This document shows positions 9,862 through 22,045 of a stretch of DNA of 64,000 nt, in pieces. The translations under genes and the position numbers were made by a program. Location of the stretch: contig CAVUHW010000031.1 in the NCBI GenBank assembly GCA_963741205.1, positions 1 to 64,000 of the forward strand. Reading direction: 5' to 3'. The stretch comes from Nitrospirota bacterium. GTDB taxonomy: Bacteria; Nitrospirota; UBA9217. Every line of letters starts with the position of its first letter. The stretch's first letter is position 1. Below the pieces are notes generated by a model. It saw nothing but the letters and a program-made list of their open reading frames with translations, was not told where the DNA came from and did no database searches.

Positions 9862-11538
9862 ATGAAACAAACCCTGACCGAAATCCTGCTCCAGGCCCTC
9901 AACCGGGCCAAAGAAAAAGGCGAACTGAAGCTCGAAACACAGCCGGCAATTACTCTCGACACTCCGCGGGAAAAGAGCCACGGCGACCTTGCAACCACGC
10001 TTGCCATGACCCTGGCGAAGCCGGAGGCCAAGCCGCCGCGGAAGATCGCCGAGATCATCGTTGCCAATATCCAGGACGACGACGGGGTCATCGAGAAGAC
10101 CGAGATCGCGGGGCCGGGATTCATCAATTTTATTTTCCGGCAGGACCGCTGGAAAAAAACGCTCTTTGAAATAGACTCGGAGGGACCCGCCTACGGACTG
10201 CCGAACATCGGCAAGGGCGAACAGGTCCTCGTCGAATTCGTGAGCGCGAACCCCACGGGGCCGCTCCACGTCGGGCCACGGCAGGGGCGCGGCGATCGGC
10301 GACGCCCTGGCGAACCTGCTCTGCCGCCGTCGGGTATCGATGTCAGCCGCGAGTTCTACATCAATGACGCGGGCAGGCAGATGCGTCTTCTTGCCCATGT
10401 CGGTGTACGCCCGGTATCAGCAGGCGTTCGGCAACGATGTGCCGTTTCCCGAGGACGGCTACCACGGCAGCTACATCGAGGAGATCGCCCAGGGCTTCAG
10501 CAAGGTTCACGGCGAACACTTTTCTGAATGTGCCGTTCGAGGAATGCGTCAAGCCGGTTCGCGGACTACGGCAAGGATGCCATGCTTGCCGATATCAGGA
10601 CCGACCTCGAGGCCTTCGGCGTCCGGTTCGACACCTGGTTCTCCGAGGCATCGCTGCTCGCGGACGGTTCGGTCCAGCGATCGATCGAGGAACTGTGAAG
10701 GAGCGGGGACTTGCTATGAAAAGGACGGCGCGCTCTGGCTGCGGTCTACGGCCTTTGGCGACGATAAAGACCGAGTAGTGATCAAGAAGGACAAGAGCTA
10801 CACCTATCTCGCCACGGACATCGCCTATCACCGGAACAAGCTGGGCCGCGGGATTCAAGACAGCTCGTGAACATCTGGGGCGCGGACCACCATGGCTATA
10901 TCCCCCGCGTGCAGGCGGTGATCCAGGCCTTCGGCCATCCGAAGGATTCGCTCCATGTGCTCCTCGTCCAGCTCGTGGCGATCCTGCGCCACGGTCAGCC
11001 CGTGCCCATGTCGAAGCGGGCGGGGAACTTCGTGACGCTCCGGGACGTGGTGCAGGAGGTGGGCAGCGGACGCCGCGCGCTATATATTCCTCACCCGCCG
11101 GTCCGACAGCCATCTGGATTTCGACCTCGACGTGGCCAAGGAGCAGTCCCGGGAAAACCCGGTATACTACGTGCAGTACGCCCACGCGCGGCTCGCGAGC
11201 CTGTTCCGCGAGGCGGAGACGAGGAACATCAGCCGTCCCGAAGAGCGATGCCGTCGATCTTGCGCTGCTCGACCTCGAAGAAGAACAGAACATCATCAAG
11301 GCGCTTGCGAAATATCCCGGAGGTCGTGGAAGAGGCCGCCCTGGCATACGAGCCGCACCGGCTGACGTTCTATCTGCAGGACCTCGCCGGGCTGCTGCAT
11401 AACTACTATTTCAAGCACCGGGTCATCACCGAGGACCAGGCCCGGACCGGCGCCAAGCTCTTCCTGATGAAACAGGTGAAGACGGTGATCCAGAGCGCGC
11501 TCAAGATCCTGGGCGTGAATGCGCCGGAGAGAATGTGA
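9862..11538 (+). CDS. argS: Arginine--tRNA ligase; frameshifted
   Basis: [47 protein letters not shown]. Confidence 0.95.
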
Positions 11539-11547
11539 GAAGCAATA

Positions 11548-11640
11548 GCCAGGAGATAGGAGTCAGAAGTTCAGGAGCCAACGAAATTGCAGTAATGATT
11601 TCATCCTGGACTCCTGAATCCTGGACTCCGGACTCCTGAA
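11548..11640. repeat. Inverted heptamer tandem array, family B (AGGAGTC / GACTCCT)
   Basis: AGGAGAT AGGAGTC AGAAGTT ... GACTCCT GAATCCT GGACTCC GGACTCCT. Confidence 0.8.
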
Positions 11641-11645
11641 TATAT

Positions 11646-12791
<1,146 letters not shown>

Positions 12792-12899
12792 ATCTGCGAA
12801 GATTGCAAAATTGAGGCATTGAATCGTACCTGATTAGATTTTCCATGTTTGCATTTTGCGACTGTGAAATTTACATTAATTATTCCAAGGAGGTATCAC

Positions 12900-13238
12900 A
12901 TGTTTATCGCAAAGCATACGCAATGGGAGCGCCGGGCGGAGACGGGGCACAGGGCGCCGGGAGGAGGCGGGTATCAGGGCCTCATCATGATGGTCGTCAT
13001 CTTCGCCATCTTTTATTTCATCCTGATCCGTCCTCAGCAGAAGAAGATGAAGGAACACAAGAAGATGGTGGAGGAGCTCAAGAAGGGCGACGAGATCGTC
13101 ACGTCCGGCGGCATCTACGGCACGGTCGAAGAATGCCACGCCGGAAACACTGACGATCAAGATCGCCGAAGGGGTCAAGGTGAAGGTCACCCGCGGATCC
13201 GTGGGTGCTGTGGTGAAGCCAGAAGAAGGAAAAAGTAG
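12900..13238 (+). CDS. yajC: Preprotein translocase subunit YajC; frameshifted
   Basis: FYFILIRPQQKK, LKKGDEIVTSGGIYG; conserved position after tgt. Confidence 0.92.
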   Translation: MFIAKHTQWERRAETGHRAPGGGGYQGLIMMVVIFAIFYFILIRPQQKKMKEHKKMVEELKKGDEIVTSGGIYGTVEECHAGNTDDQDRRRGQGEGHPRIRGCCGEARRRKK

Positions 13239-13257
13239 TAGATCCCTGGAAAATCAT

Positions 13258-13345
13258 CGCCAGAGCTGACGCAGATGGTCGCAGAGATAGATTGAAGCCG
13301 AGTTCCTTCATTCGCCGATCTTCGCAGCTTCTGTTCTGATCTTCT
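13258..13345. repeat. Degenerate inverted nonamer array, family C
   Basis: GCAGA-containing units on the left, TCT-rich complementary units on the right. Confidence 0.45.
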
Positions 13346-13370
13346 ATTGCATGATCAGGAGGCAAGTATC

Positions 13371-14950
13371 ATGAAGAAGAGTATTCAATGGAGACTGGCG
13401 CTCATCGCCCTTTCGGTCGTTGATCGCGCTGTTTTTGTTCCTGCCGTCCACGCCGTTGTCGGCCGAGCTGCCGGAGTTGTGGCGCAAGAGCGTGCCCAAG
13501 ATCTCGCTCGGCCTCGACCTCAGGGGCGGCAGCCACCTCGTGATGCAGGTGGAGACGGACAAGGCGGTGGAATCGTCCGTGGACAACATCGTGGCCGACC
13601 TGCAGACCACGGCGGCGCAGCAGGGGCTCGCCGTCGTCTTCAGCAGGTCGGGCCAGGACATCATCGCCAAGTTCGCCGAATCGCTCGCAGGACAAGGTCG
13701 AGAAACTCGTAAAGGACAACTATGCCATCGTCGAGATGAAGAACCCAGGGCCAAGGGCGAATTTGACTTACACCATGAAGCCCGCCGAGGTCAAGCGGCT
13801 CAAGGAGATGGGCCGTGACGCAGGCGCTCGAGCGCACGCGCCGGAGGGTCGACAAGTACGGTGTGGCCGAGCCGGCCATCTACAAGCAGGAGAACGACCA
13901 GATCGCGCTGCAGCTTCCGGGAATGAAGAACCCGCAGGAGGCCATCTCGTTCATCAAGACCGCGGGCAGGCTGGAGTTCAAGCTGTTGAACACGACGGGT
14001 GACCTGCAGAAGGCGATTGCGGGCGACGTGCCCCGCCGACAGCGAAGTCCTCTACGGCGAGGACGTCGGACGAAGCGGGAAGGTCATCAAGCGGCCTTAT
14101 CTCTTGTATAAGCAGACGCTCCTGACCGGCGACCGGCTGAAGGAGGCCAAGGTCGGCATCGACCAGTACAACAAGCCGCGATGTCTCCATCTCCTTCGAC
14201 AGCGAAGGGCGCCGAAGATCTTCGACCGGGTCACCGGCGAGAACGTGGGCAAGCAGCTCGCCATCGTGCTGGACGGCGTGGTGCATTCCGCGCCGCAGGA
14301 TCCAGGACCGGATCAGCGGCGGCAACGCCCAGATCACGGGGAACTTCACCCATGACGAGGCCGCGAAGCTGGCGATCGTGCTCGGGAGTCTCTTCCGGCG
14401 CCCATGAAGATCATCCAGAACATCACCGTCGGCCCGTCGCTCGGCCAGGACTCCATCGACAAGGGCGTGCACGCGGCGCTCATCGGCGGACTTGTCGTGA
14501 TCGTCTTCATGGTCGTTTACTACCGGATGTCGGGGCTCATCGCGGACTACGCCATGGTCCTGAACCTGGTCCTGCTCCTGGGCGCCATGGCGCTCTTGAA
14601 CGCGACGCTCACCCTGCCGGGCATCGCGGGCATCATTCTCACCATCGGCATGGGCGTGGACTCGAACGTGCTGATGTTCGAGCGCATTCGCGAGGAGATC
14701 CGCGCCGGCAAACTGCCCAGGCCCGCGGTCGACTCGGGATACGAAAGGCGTTCCTCACGATCCTTGACTCTCACGTGACGACGCTTATTACGGCTGCGTC
14801 GCTGTTCATGTTCGGCACGGGGCCCATCAAAGGGTTTGCGGTGACGCTCAGCCTCGGCATCATCATCAACCTGTATTCCGCCCTGGTCGGCACCAAGGTG
14901 ATCTTCGACATCATCAATCGAAATGGAAGCTGGAGAAACTGAGTATTTAA
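13371..14950 (+). CDS. secD: Protein translocase subunit SecD; frameshifted
   Basis: [57 protein letters not shown]. Confidence 0.95.
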
Positions 14951-14957
14951 AATCCAT

Positions 14958-15035
14958 GTACCGCAGAGTGACACGGAAAACGACATTGAGATCAAGATTT
15001 CAGATTCACAGCTTTAATCTCTGGACCTCTGTGGA
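14958..15035. repeat. Degenerate inverted nonamer array, family C (CACAGAG / CTCTGTG)
   Basis: CCGCAGAG...CTCTGGACCTCTGTGG, similar to the 25628 copy. Confidence 0.5.
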
Positions 15036-15063
15036 ATGACAATGAGTTTCTTCGGAGGAAACA

Positions 15064-15973
15064 ATGCTTCAAATCTTGCATAAGACCAATATCGATTTCA
15101 TGGGGTGGAAGAACATCTCATTCACGGTTTCCGGCCTGCTGATCGCCCTCGGCATCGTCGGCACTGGTGCAGGTCAGCCGGGGCAAGGCGAACCTCGGCA
15201 TCGACTTCGTGGGCGGCACCACGATGCAGCTCAGTTTCAAGGAGCAAGTGCCGATCGACAAGGCGCGCGCGGCCCTCGAGAAGAGCGGGTTCGAGGGCGC
15301 CTCGATCCAGGAGGTCGGGGAAGGGGGAACAAGATCCTGATCAAGGCTCCGGGAGTCCGAGGGGACGTCGGACAAGATCCAGAACCTGTTCAGGCAGGAG
15401 TTCCCGAACAATCCCTTCGAGGTTGACAGCATCATGGAGATCGGGCCGGTGATCGGTAAGGCGCTCCAGCGCAGGCGCTCTGTGGCCATTACGATCTCGA
15501 TCATCGCGATCATCGTCTATATCGCGTTCCGGTTCGAATTCAAGTTCGGCGTGGCCGCGGCCATCGCGACCATTCACGACGTGCTGGCCGTGCTCGGCAT
15601 CTTCTACATCCTGAACAAGGAGATCAACCTCCTCATCATCACGGCGCTGCTCACGCTCGCGGGCTATTCGCTCACCGACACGGTGGTGGTCTTCGACCGG
15701 ATCCGGGAGAACCTGAAGAAGAACAAGAAGGACCCGCTGCCCAAGCTCGTGAACGACAGCATCAACGAGGTGCTGTCCCGGACGATCATCACGTCGCTCA
15801 CGGTGGTGCTCGTGCTCGTCCCGCTCGTCCTCTTCGGCGGCGACGTACTGCACGACTTTTCGCTCGCGCTGCTCATGGGCGTGATCGTCGGGACCTATTC
15901 GTCCGTGTTCGTCGCGAGCCCCGTCCTGGTGGTGTGGCACGTGAAAGCGGGCGGAAAGCTGATCGGAAAATGA
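15064..15973 (+). CDS. secF: Protein translocase subunit SecF; frameshifted
   Basis: GIDFVGGT, YIAFRFE, GYSLTDTVVVFDRIREN, GTYSSVFVASP. Confidence 0.95.
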
Positions 15974-15982
15974 ACCAGGGCA

Positions 15983-16100
15983 AAACCACCCTTCACCCCC
16001 GCTTCAATCATGCGGGGGCAGGCTCTTAATCCTGTCCCTTAAGGGGTAAGAACACACTATAGCTCCCTCTCCCGAAGGGGAGAGGGCGGGGTGAGGGGGA
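15983..16100. repeat. Palindromic element, family D (CCCTCTCCC..GGGAGAGGG), with a nested hairpin
   Basis: CTCCCTCTCCCGAAGGGGAGAGGGCGGGGTGAGGGG; nested CCCCCGCTTCAATCATGCGGGGGCAGGC. Confidence 0.75.
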
Positions 16101-16156
16101 TCTGCATGCTTCACAGGTCCGAAGCATTGCCTCACGGGTCCTTTTCTTATGTCATT

Positions 16157-16873
16157 ATGTCCAAGCTGCCATCCTCAATAACAGTTGCAGGCTCCGATGC
16201 CAGGGTCCTCGCTGAATCCGATCCAATCCAGCTCTCCTGCGGGGTGAACGGCTGCGAATCCAACTGCTGCACGAAGAGCGCCCCAATCGTCCTGAACCCC
16301 TATGAAATCGCACTGATCTGCCGGGAAACCGGTACGAGCTACGAAGACCTGCTCGACATCTTCGAGACCGGCAGGGCAGCGAGCTTTCCCCTCGTGACGT
16401 TGCCGAGGGATCCCGCCTGCCATTTCTTTTCAGGGAGGGGGTGCCGAATTTATCCCGCGCGGCCGCTCGCGTGCAGAATGTACCCCCTCGGCAGGGTGTT
16501 CGAACGCGGCAGATCACACATTGTGCTGCCGGAACTCAATGTCTGCTCAGGCCTTGTGTCCTCACCGGGAAAAACCGTGGCCGCCTACCTCGTCGATCAG
16601 GACACCGCTCTTCATATCGAAATGGCCGATCACTGGATCGAGTTCGTATCCGAAATAGAAAAAATGCCGCTGCCGGATAAGCCCGTCACTTCCGTAGCAT
16701 TCCATATGCTCGTGTACAGCCCGGACACCCCGCCGTCGGCCCTGCCCACCGACCCCGCCGCTACGCCTGAAGACCGCTTTCTTCTCCGGCTTGCGACTGC
16801 GCAAAAACAACTGCCCCGCTTTCTCCGACTCCCCCTGACCATGCAGGCTAACAACCCAGTGGTACGCGAATAA
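16157..16873 (+). CDS. YkgJ-family cysteine-cluster protein
   Basis: CxxxxCxxxCC, CHFF...CRIYPARPLACRMYP. Confidence 0.85.
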   Translation: MSKLPSSITVAGSDARVLAESDPIQLSCGVNGCESNCCTKSAPIVLNPYEIALICRETGTSYEDLLDIFETGRAASFPLVTLPRDPACHFFSGRGCRIYPARPLACRMYPLGRVFERGRSHIVLPELNVCSGLVSSPGKTVAAYLVDQDTALHIEMADHWIEFVSEIEKMPLPDKPVTSVAFHMLVYSPDTPPSALPTDPAATPEDRFLLRLATAQKQLPRFLRLPLTMQANNPVVRE

Positions 16874-16879
16874 CTTCTA

Positions 16880-16908
16880 TTGACACGGGTTCGAGCTGAC
16901 TATATTAT
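16880..16908 (+). promoter_or_regulatory. sigma70 promoter
   Basis: TTGACA-17 nt-TATTAT. Confidence 0.65.
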
Positions 16909-16953
16909 GTCCAGATAGACTCGAAGCGGAGAGGATCTTCAGCCCGTTTAACC

Positions 16954-19361
16954 ATGTCATTCTTGAAAAAAATCATACCGCTGTCCGCGCTTCTGATCAT
17001 CTCGGCATGTGCGGGCGTTAAAACGCTCCCTCCCCCTCCGGAGGCCCCCGTCACCGTCGTTACCGCCGCAGTCCACGTTTACTTACCCTCCAACAGCGGC
17101 CTTAACTGACCCCGAACAAGGCCTGAAGACCGCCATCGAAGCATATAAGAGAGGCAACGGGGATGCCGCTCTGGTGATCGCGCGCCGGGTGTCCGAGCAG
17201 TTTCCCAATACGCTGTGGTACCAGCGCTCGTTGTTTTTGACAGAGAAGGCGCTTATCAAACTGGACCGCGCTTCGGAGGCCGATGCCGCCATGCTGCGCG
17301 TGCAGGAAGACTACCCGGACCTTTCCGATTATGCCCTATTCCTGCTTGCTGAGTACCATTTTTCCAGCGCGGATTACAGCCAGGCCGCAGCCCTGTACCA
17401 GCAGGTGACAGAGCGCTATCCCGCGCAGCCTGCTTGCGGCGCGCTCCATTTACCGGAGAGGCGCAGCCCTGCTCGGGTCCTACAGCTATGCTGCGGCGGC
17501 GGAAGTATTCGAGAAGTACCTCCACGACTACCCGCGGGCCGAGTTCGCTCCCGACGCGACTCTGGGCCTCGCGCGGGCGCTTACAGCCGAGGCAATACTG
17601 GATCAGGCCGTGCGAACGTACCGAGACGCCTGGATCAGATATCCAGGGCCTGCGATTGACCGGGAAGTGGAACTGGCGCTCGCGGATTTACGAGGGGGAG
17701 GCGCTGAAGTCCCTGAATATACAGATGATGAACTGTACGAACGGGGAAGGAACCTCTCTCACCTGGGCCAGAATGACAAGGCCGTGGAAGTGTTCATGAG
17801 GCTCATCGAGAGCGATCGTTCCGCGCCGAACAGGCCTGAACTGCTTCTCCGGACCGGCGTTGCGCTGTTTAACCTCGGCAGGCGGGGTGAGGCGGTTGTC
17901 GTTCTGGAAAAGTTGGCGCATAATCATCCCGCGGACCCGCGCATCCCGGAGGCGCTGTACTGGACCGGGAGGGCCTACGGCAAGATGGGTGATGAGGAGC
18001 GGGCTGTGAAGGCGTTCCGGAAAATCCTCGATCATTTTCCCGGCAGCGAATGGTGCGACGACGCGCTTTTCTTCACCGGGAACATCTACCGCGATGCCAA
18101 TGACATGAAAAAAGCGTTGCAGGTCTACGGGCGGCTCGTCCGCGACTATCCGGACAGCAAATTCGCCGACAGCGCACATGTGGTGGAGCGCTTGGTACTT
18201 CTACTCCTCGGGTGAGTACAAGAAGGCGGAACAGGCGCTTCAGAATCTGATCAGGCTCCATCCCCGGTCAATCCTCGTGAGCCAGGCCCGCTATTGGCAG
18301 GGAAGGGCCGCAGAAAAAAGAGACGAGCCCGCACAGGCATCGGCGTATTATAACCATCTCTTGAAAAGAGCCCCTTATACCTACTACGGGTATCGCGCTG
18401 CTGACCGGCTCGCCCAACTGAAGTTCGGAGACGTCGCGGTACCGGTTGATCTGCCCGGGGACAGCGCCGCGGAATGCGTCGAGTCGCCGTGTCCCGGCGA
18501 GCCCCCGGTTTTTTCCGAGAGTGACGACGGGCCGCCGGTTTGGACCGACGAGGCAAAACAGCTTCTCTCCGCGGATGCCGTCGTATAAAAAAACACTCGA
18601 ACTCATGAGCCTGGACATGAAGAAGGAGGCCGCCCAGGAATTGTCGTCCCTCCAGGACAGGATGCCGAAAAAACGCGGAACGCCCATCGGCCTGAGCAAG
18701 GCGTTCTTCGAACTCGGCGATTATCACCGCTCCCTCCTCCTCGTCCTCAGGAACTACGAACGGTATCTCGATGGCCCGGCAGGAGAGGCATCCGAGGACG
18801 TGTGGCTACTCGCCTACCCCCAGGGCTACTGGGAGAGCGTCCTGTCCTACTCCCGGAAATACGGCCAGGACCCCTATTTCATCGCAGCGGTCATCAGGGA
18901 GGAGAGCCAGTTTTTTCCCGAGGCGGTGTCGCCTGCCGGGGCGCGGGGCATTATGCAAGTCATGCCGGCAACCGGGGCGATCGGTGGCGCGGTCCATGAA
19001 ACTTCCGGGATTTGACCCCGCCAAACTCTTCGAGGCCGATACGGCCATCAATATCGGGACATGGTATATAAGCAGTCTGATGAAGCGGTTCAATGGCGAC
19101 CCGATTCTTGTTGCGGCGGCATACAATGCCGGGCCCGAGGCCGTGCAAACATGGATCAGCAAGAACGGGTATCATGGCGAAAGAGACGTGTTCGTGGAAT
19201 CGATCCCCTATTTCGAAACCCGAGGATATGTGAAAAAAGTGCTTAGAAACTACGCCGAGTACCGGAGGATCTACGGCAAGGCTGTGAGCCCCTCGCAGAC
19301 CCTCCCGGGGTGGGACAAAATCAAGGTGAGTGAGAGCAACGGTCCCGCGGAAAACCCATGA
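16954..19361 (+). CDS. TPR-containing soluble lytic murein transglycosylase (lipoprotein); frameshifted
   Basis: Lipobox ISAC, multiple TPR helices, SLT motifs IREES, GARGIMQVMPAT, AAYNAG, ETRGYVKKV. Confidence 0.9.
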
Positions 19362-19381
19362 AGGAACGTCGGGGATCCGAT

Positions 19382-19646
19382 ATGCGGCAGGAAGACAACG
19401 ATATCTCGCCGGTGAAAAAACTGGAAACGAGGTTTATGCTCGTCGAGAAGCGCATCCGGGCGCTCCTGGATGAGAACGGAACCCTTGCGGCCCGCGTCAG
19501 CGAATTGGAGAGGGAGCTCGCCCAGGCGAAGAACGACGCGCCGGCAACTGCAGGAATACCAGGGAAAGACGACGCATATCCGCAAGAAGGTCGAGAATGT
19601 CCTTCAGACCCTCGAGTCGATCGTTTCAGGGAAAAAACAGGATTGA
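19382..19646 (+). CDS. Small coiled-coil protein, possibly ZapB-like; one frameshift
   Basis: KKLETRFMLVEKRIRALLDENGTLAARVSELERE...IRKKVENVLQTLESI. Confidence 0.5.
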
Positions 19647-19671
19647 GCAACCCGCTAGTAAGGATCTTTTT

Positions 19672-19840
19672 TGTCATTCCCGTCCCGATATGATCGGGAT
19701 AAACTTCAGCGGGCTTGCCCCGATTCTGATCGGGGAATCCATTTTTGAAGTTTATTTGATAAAAGCCACACCCTGCACTCGCGCTCTCGCACTCGTTGAC
19801 GCTGGGTGCAGGCTGGATACCTGCTTTCGCAGGTATGACG
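19672..19840. repeat. Family A element carrying three nested hairpin modules
   Basis: GTCATTCCC...GGTATGAC ends; inserts CCCGTCCCGATATGATCGGGAT, CTTGCCCCGATTCTGATCGGGG and module F. Confidence 0.8.
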
Positions 19841-19925
19841 GATGATTTTCATTTGAGGTAAAACCGCCTTCATATCTAAAAGATACGCTTTGGTAATAAG
19901 AATTTGATCCGCGCCCGAAAGCCCC

Positions 19926-20660
19926 ATGGACATCATCACCGCACAAAACCTCATCAAGGACTATGACGGCCTTCGGGCAATCGACGGGGTGGATTTCGCC
20001 ATCCAGCAGGGGGAGTGCTTCGGCTTTCTCGGGCCCAACGGCGCGGGCAAGACCACGGTCATGCGGACCATATCGTGCTTCATGCCTCCGACCGAGGGAA
20101 CGGTCACCGTCTTCGGCATGGACGTGACAAAGAGCCCCAGCGAGATCAAGGCGCGCATCGGCGTCATGCCCCAGGAAATCAACCTTGACCCGGACCTCTC
20201 GGTGCTCGAAAATCTTGTCGTCTACGCCCGCTACTTTGATATCCGGAAAAAGGACTCAGTCCCTGTTGCCCGCGGGCTTCTCGATTTCGTGGAGCTCGCG
20301 GAAAAGGGCGACGCCCAGATCGACCAGCTTTCAGGCGGCATGAAGCACCGGCTCCTGCTTGCCCGCGCGCTGATCAACAAGCCCGAACTACTCATCCTCG
20401 ACGAGCCCACTACGGGCCTGGACCCGCACAGCAGGCACGCGGTCTGGGACAAACTGAACCACCTCAAGTTCCAGAACACGACCCTCCTTCTGACGACCCA
20501 TTACATGGAAGAGGCCGAAAGGCTTTGCGACCGCGTCGCGATCATGGACTCGGGCAAGATCGTGACGATCGATTCACCGTCGAACCTCATGGCCGACCAC
20601 GGCGGAGGCAACCTCGAAGACGTTTATCTCAAACTGACGGGGAGGAGCCTTGCGGATTAA
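19926..20660 (+). CDS. ABC exporter ATP-binding protein (NodI-like)
   Basis: GPNGAGKT, LSGGM, LILDEPT. Confidence 0.92.
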   Translation: MDIITAQNLIKDYDGLRAIDGVDFAIQQGECFGFLGPNGAGKTTVMRTISCFMPPTEGTVTVFGMDVTKSPSEIKARIGVMPQEINLDPDLSVLENLVVYARYFDIRKKDSVPVARGLLDFVELAEKGDAQIDQLSGGMKHRLLLARALINKPELLILDEPTTGLDPHSRHAVWDKLNHLKFQNTTLLLTTHYMEEAERLCDRVAIMDSGKIVTIDSPSNLMADHGGGNLEDVYLKLTGRSLAD

Positions 20661-21405
20661 ACGCGCCTTCAGGGTGTGGCAGAGGCAGTGGCTGGTCTAC
20701 ACCAAGCTCTACAAGACGAGCTTTGCCCTGAACTTCGCGGAGCCTGCCCTCTACCTCGTCGCCATGGGGATAGGCCTCGGCTCGTTTGTTTCGGACATCC
20801 ATGGACAACCTTATATCAAATTCATCGCGCCGGGCATCGTAGCGTCCTCGTCGGTCTTTGCCGCGGTGTACGAGTGCACCTACGGCACGTACATCCGCAT
20901 GACCTTTCAAAAGACCTTCGACGCGATCCTTGCAACGCCGGTGAGCCTCGACGATCTCGTGCTCGGGGAGCTTATCTGGGGAGCGACCAAGAGCGTGATC
21001 TTCGGCATCACCATAACCATCGTGATAACCCTCTTCGGACTCGTCGATTCGCCGCTTATCCTCCTGGCGCTCCCGTTTATTTTTCTGGGAGGCCTGATTT
21101 TCGCGCAGCTTTCGGTCATCTTCTGCGCGATCGTGCCGGGGATAGACTACTTCAGCTATTTTTACACGCTCTTCATGACCCCGCTGTTCCTCTTTTCCGG
21201 CATCTTCTTTCCCCTCGATGCGATGCCCCCCGTCGTCGTCAAACTTGCATCCTTCACCCCGCTCTATCATCTCGTGAACATCTGCAGGTCCTTCTCTGCG
21301 GGCTCCTTCTCCGGCGCAGTCTGGAGCATGCTCTGGTTGGCCGTCATGGCGGCCGTCCTGGCGCCGTTTCCGTTCAGGCTGATGAGAAAGCGCATGATCG
21401 TCTGA
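20650..21405 (+). CDS. ABC-2 permease (NodJ-like)
   Basis: About six hydrophobic segments, TPLFLFSGIFFP; overlaps the ATPase gene. Confidence 0.9.
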   Translation: MRIKRAFRVWQRQWLVYTKLYKTSFALNFAEPALYLVAMGIGLGSFVSDIHGQPYIKFIAPGIVASSSVFAAVYECTYGTYIRMTFQKTFDAILATPVSLDDLVLGELIWGATKSVIFGITITIVITLFGLVDSPLILLALPFIFLGGLIFAQLSVIFCAIVPGIDYFSYFYTLFMTPLFLFSGIFFPLDAMPPVVVKLASFTPLYHLVNICRSFSAGSFSGAVWSMLWLAVMAAVLAPFPFRLMRKRMIV

Positions 21406-21521
21406 ATGATTTGCGACTTTATCTGCAGTACCCCGTCATTCGCGGCATAAAATAACAGCATAACGGATATCGACAACGCATCACCTTCACGAGGTATACT
21501 GAGAGGAGGAGGTGACCCGTT

Positions 21522-21887
21522 ATGATGATCGAATGGAACGATTACCACGCGCAGGTACTCAAGAGGATCGGTGAAATAGGCCAGGCCAGTCCGGATATTG
21601 TGAGAGGCTACCGCACGATCAGCGACGCCGGCACGAAAACCAGGAAGCTCGATCCCAAGACGCGTGAACTCATCTCGCTTGCTGTTGCGGTGACGGCCCG
21701 CTGCGACGGCTGTATCGTGGTCCACACCGATGCGGCTTTAAAACACGGGGCGACGCGGGAAGAAATTATCGAGGCCCTCGGCGTGGCAGTGGCGGTCAAC
21801 GCGGGAGCGGCGCTCGTGTATTCTGGGCGTGTTCTCGACGCGGTGCAGGCGAAAGAGAAGGCTGAGGGGAAAGAGGGGATCGGATGA
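21522..21887 (+). CDS. Carboxymuconolactone decarboxylase / AhpD-family protein
   Basis: LDPKTRELISLAVAV..RCDGCI..H, GATREEI. Confidence 0.9.
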   Translation: MMIEWNDYHAQVLKRIGEIGQASPDIVRGYRTISDAGTKTRKLDPKTRELISLAVAVTARCDGCIVVHTDAALKHGATREEIIEALGVAVAVNAGAALVYSGRVLDAVQAKEKAEGKEGIG

Positions 21888-21961
21888 ATCACCGGAGAAT
21901 GGTCCTATGGCCGGGTTTTCGCACTGAAGTTTTTCCCCGGGATTATCTGAAAACAGCAGTT

Positions 21962-22018
21962 GGACGCGGATAAACGCAGATTACGCAGATAAAACATAAT
22001 CTTTTTTATCTGCGTCCT
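21962..22018. repeat. Inverted nonamer array, family C (ACGCAGATA / TATCTGCGT)
   Basis: GGACGCGGATAAACGCAGATTACGCAGATAAA...TTTATCTGCGTCC. Confidence 0.75.
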
Positions 22019-22045
22019 AATTGCTTTTTTTAGGGTTACGCACCC

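Noticed and set aside
19926-21405. Nodulation genes nodI/nodJ
   Set aside because: Generic ABC-2 exporter family; no other nod genes present.
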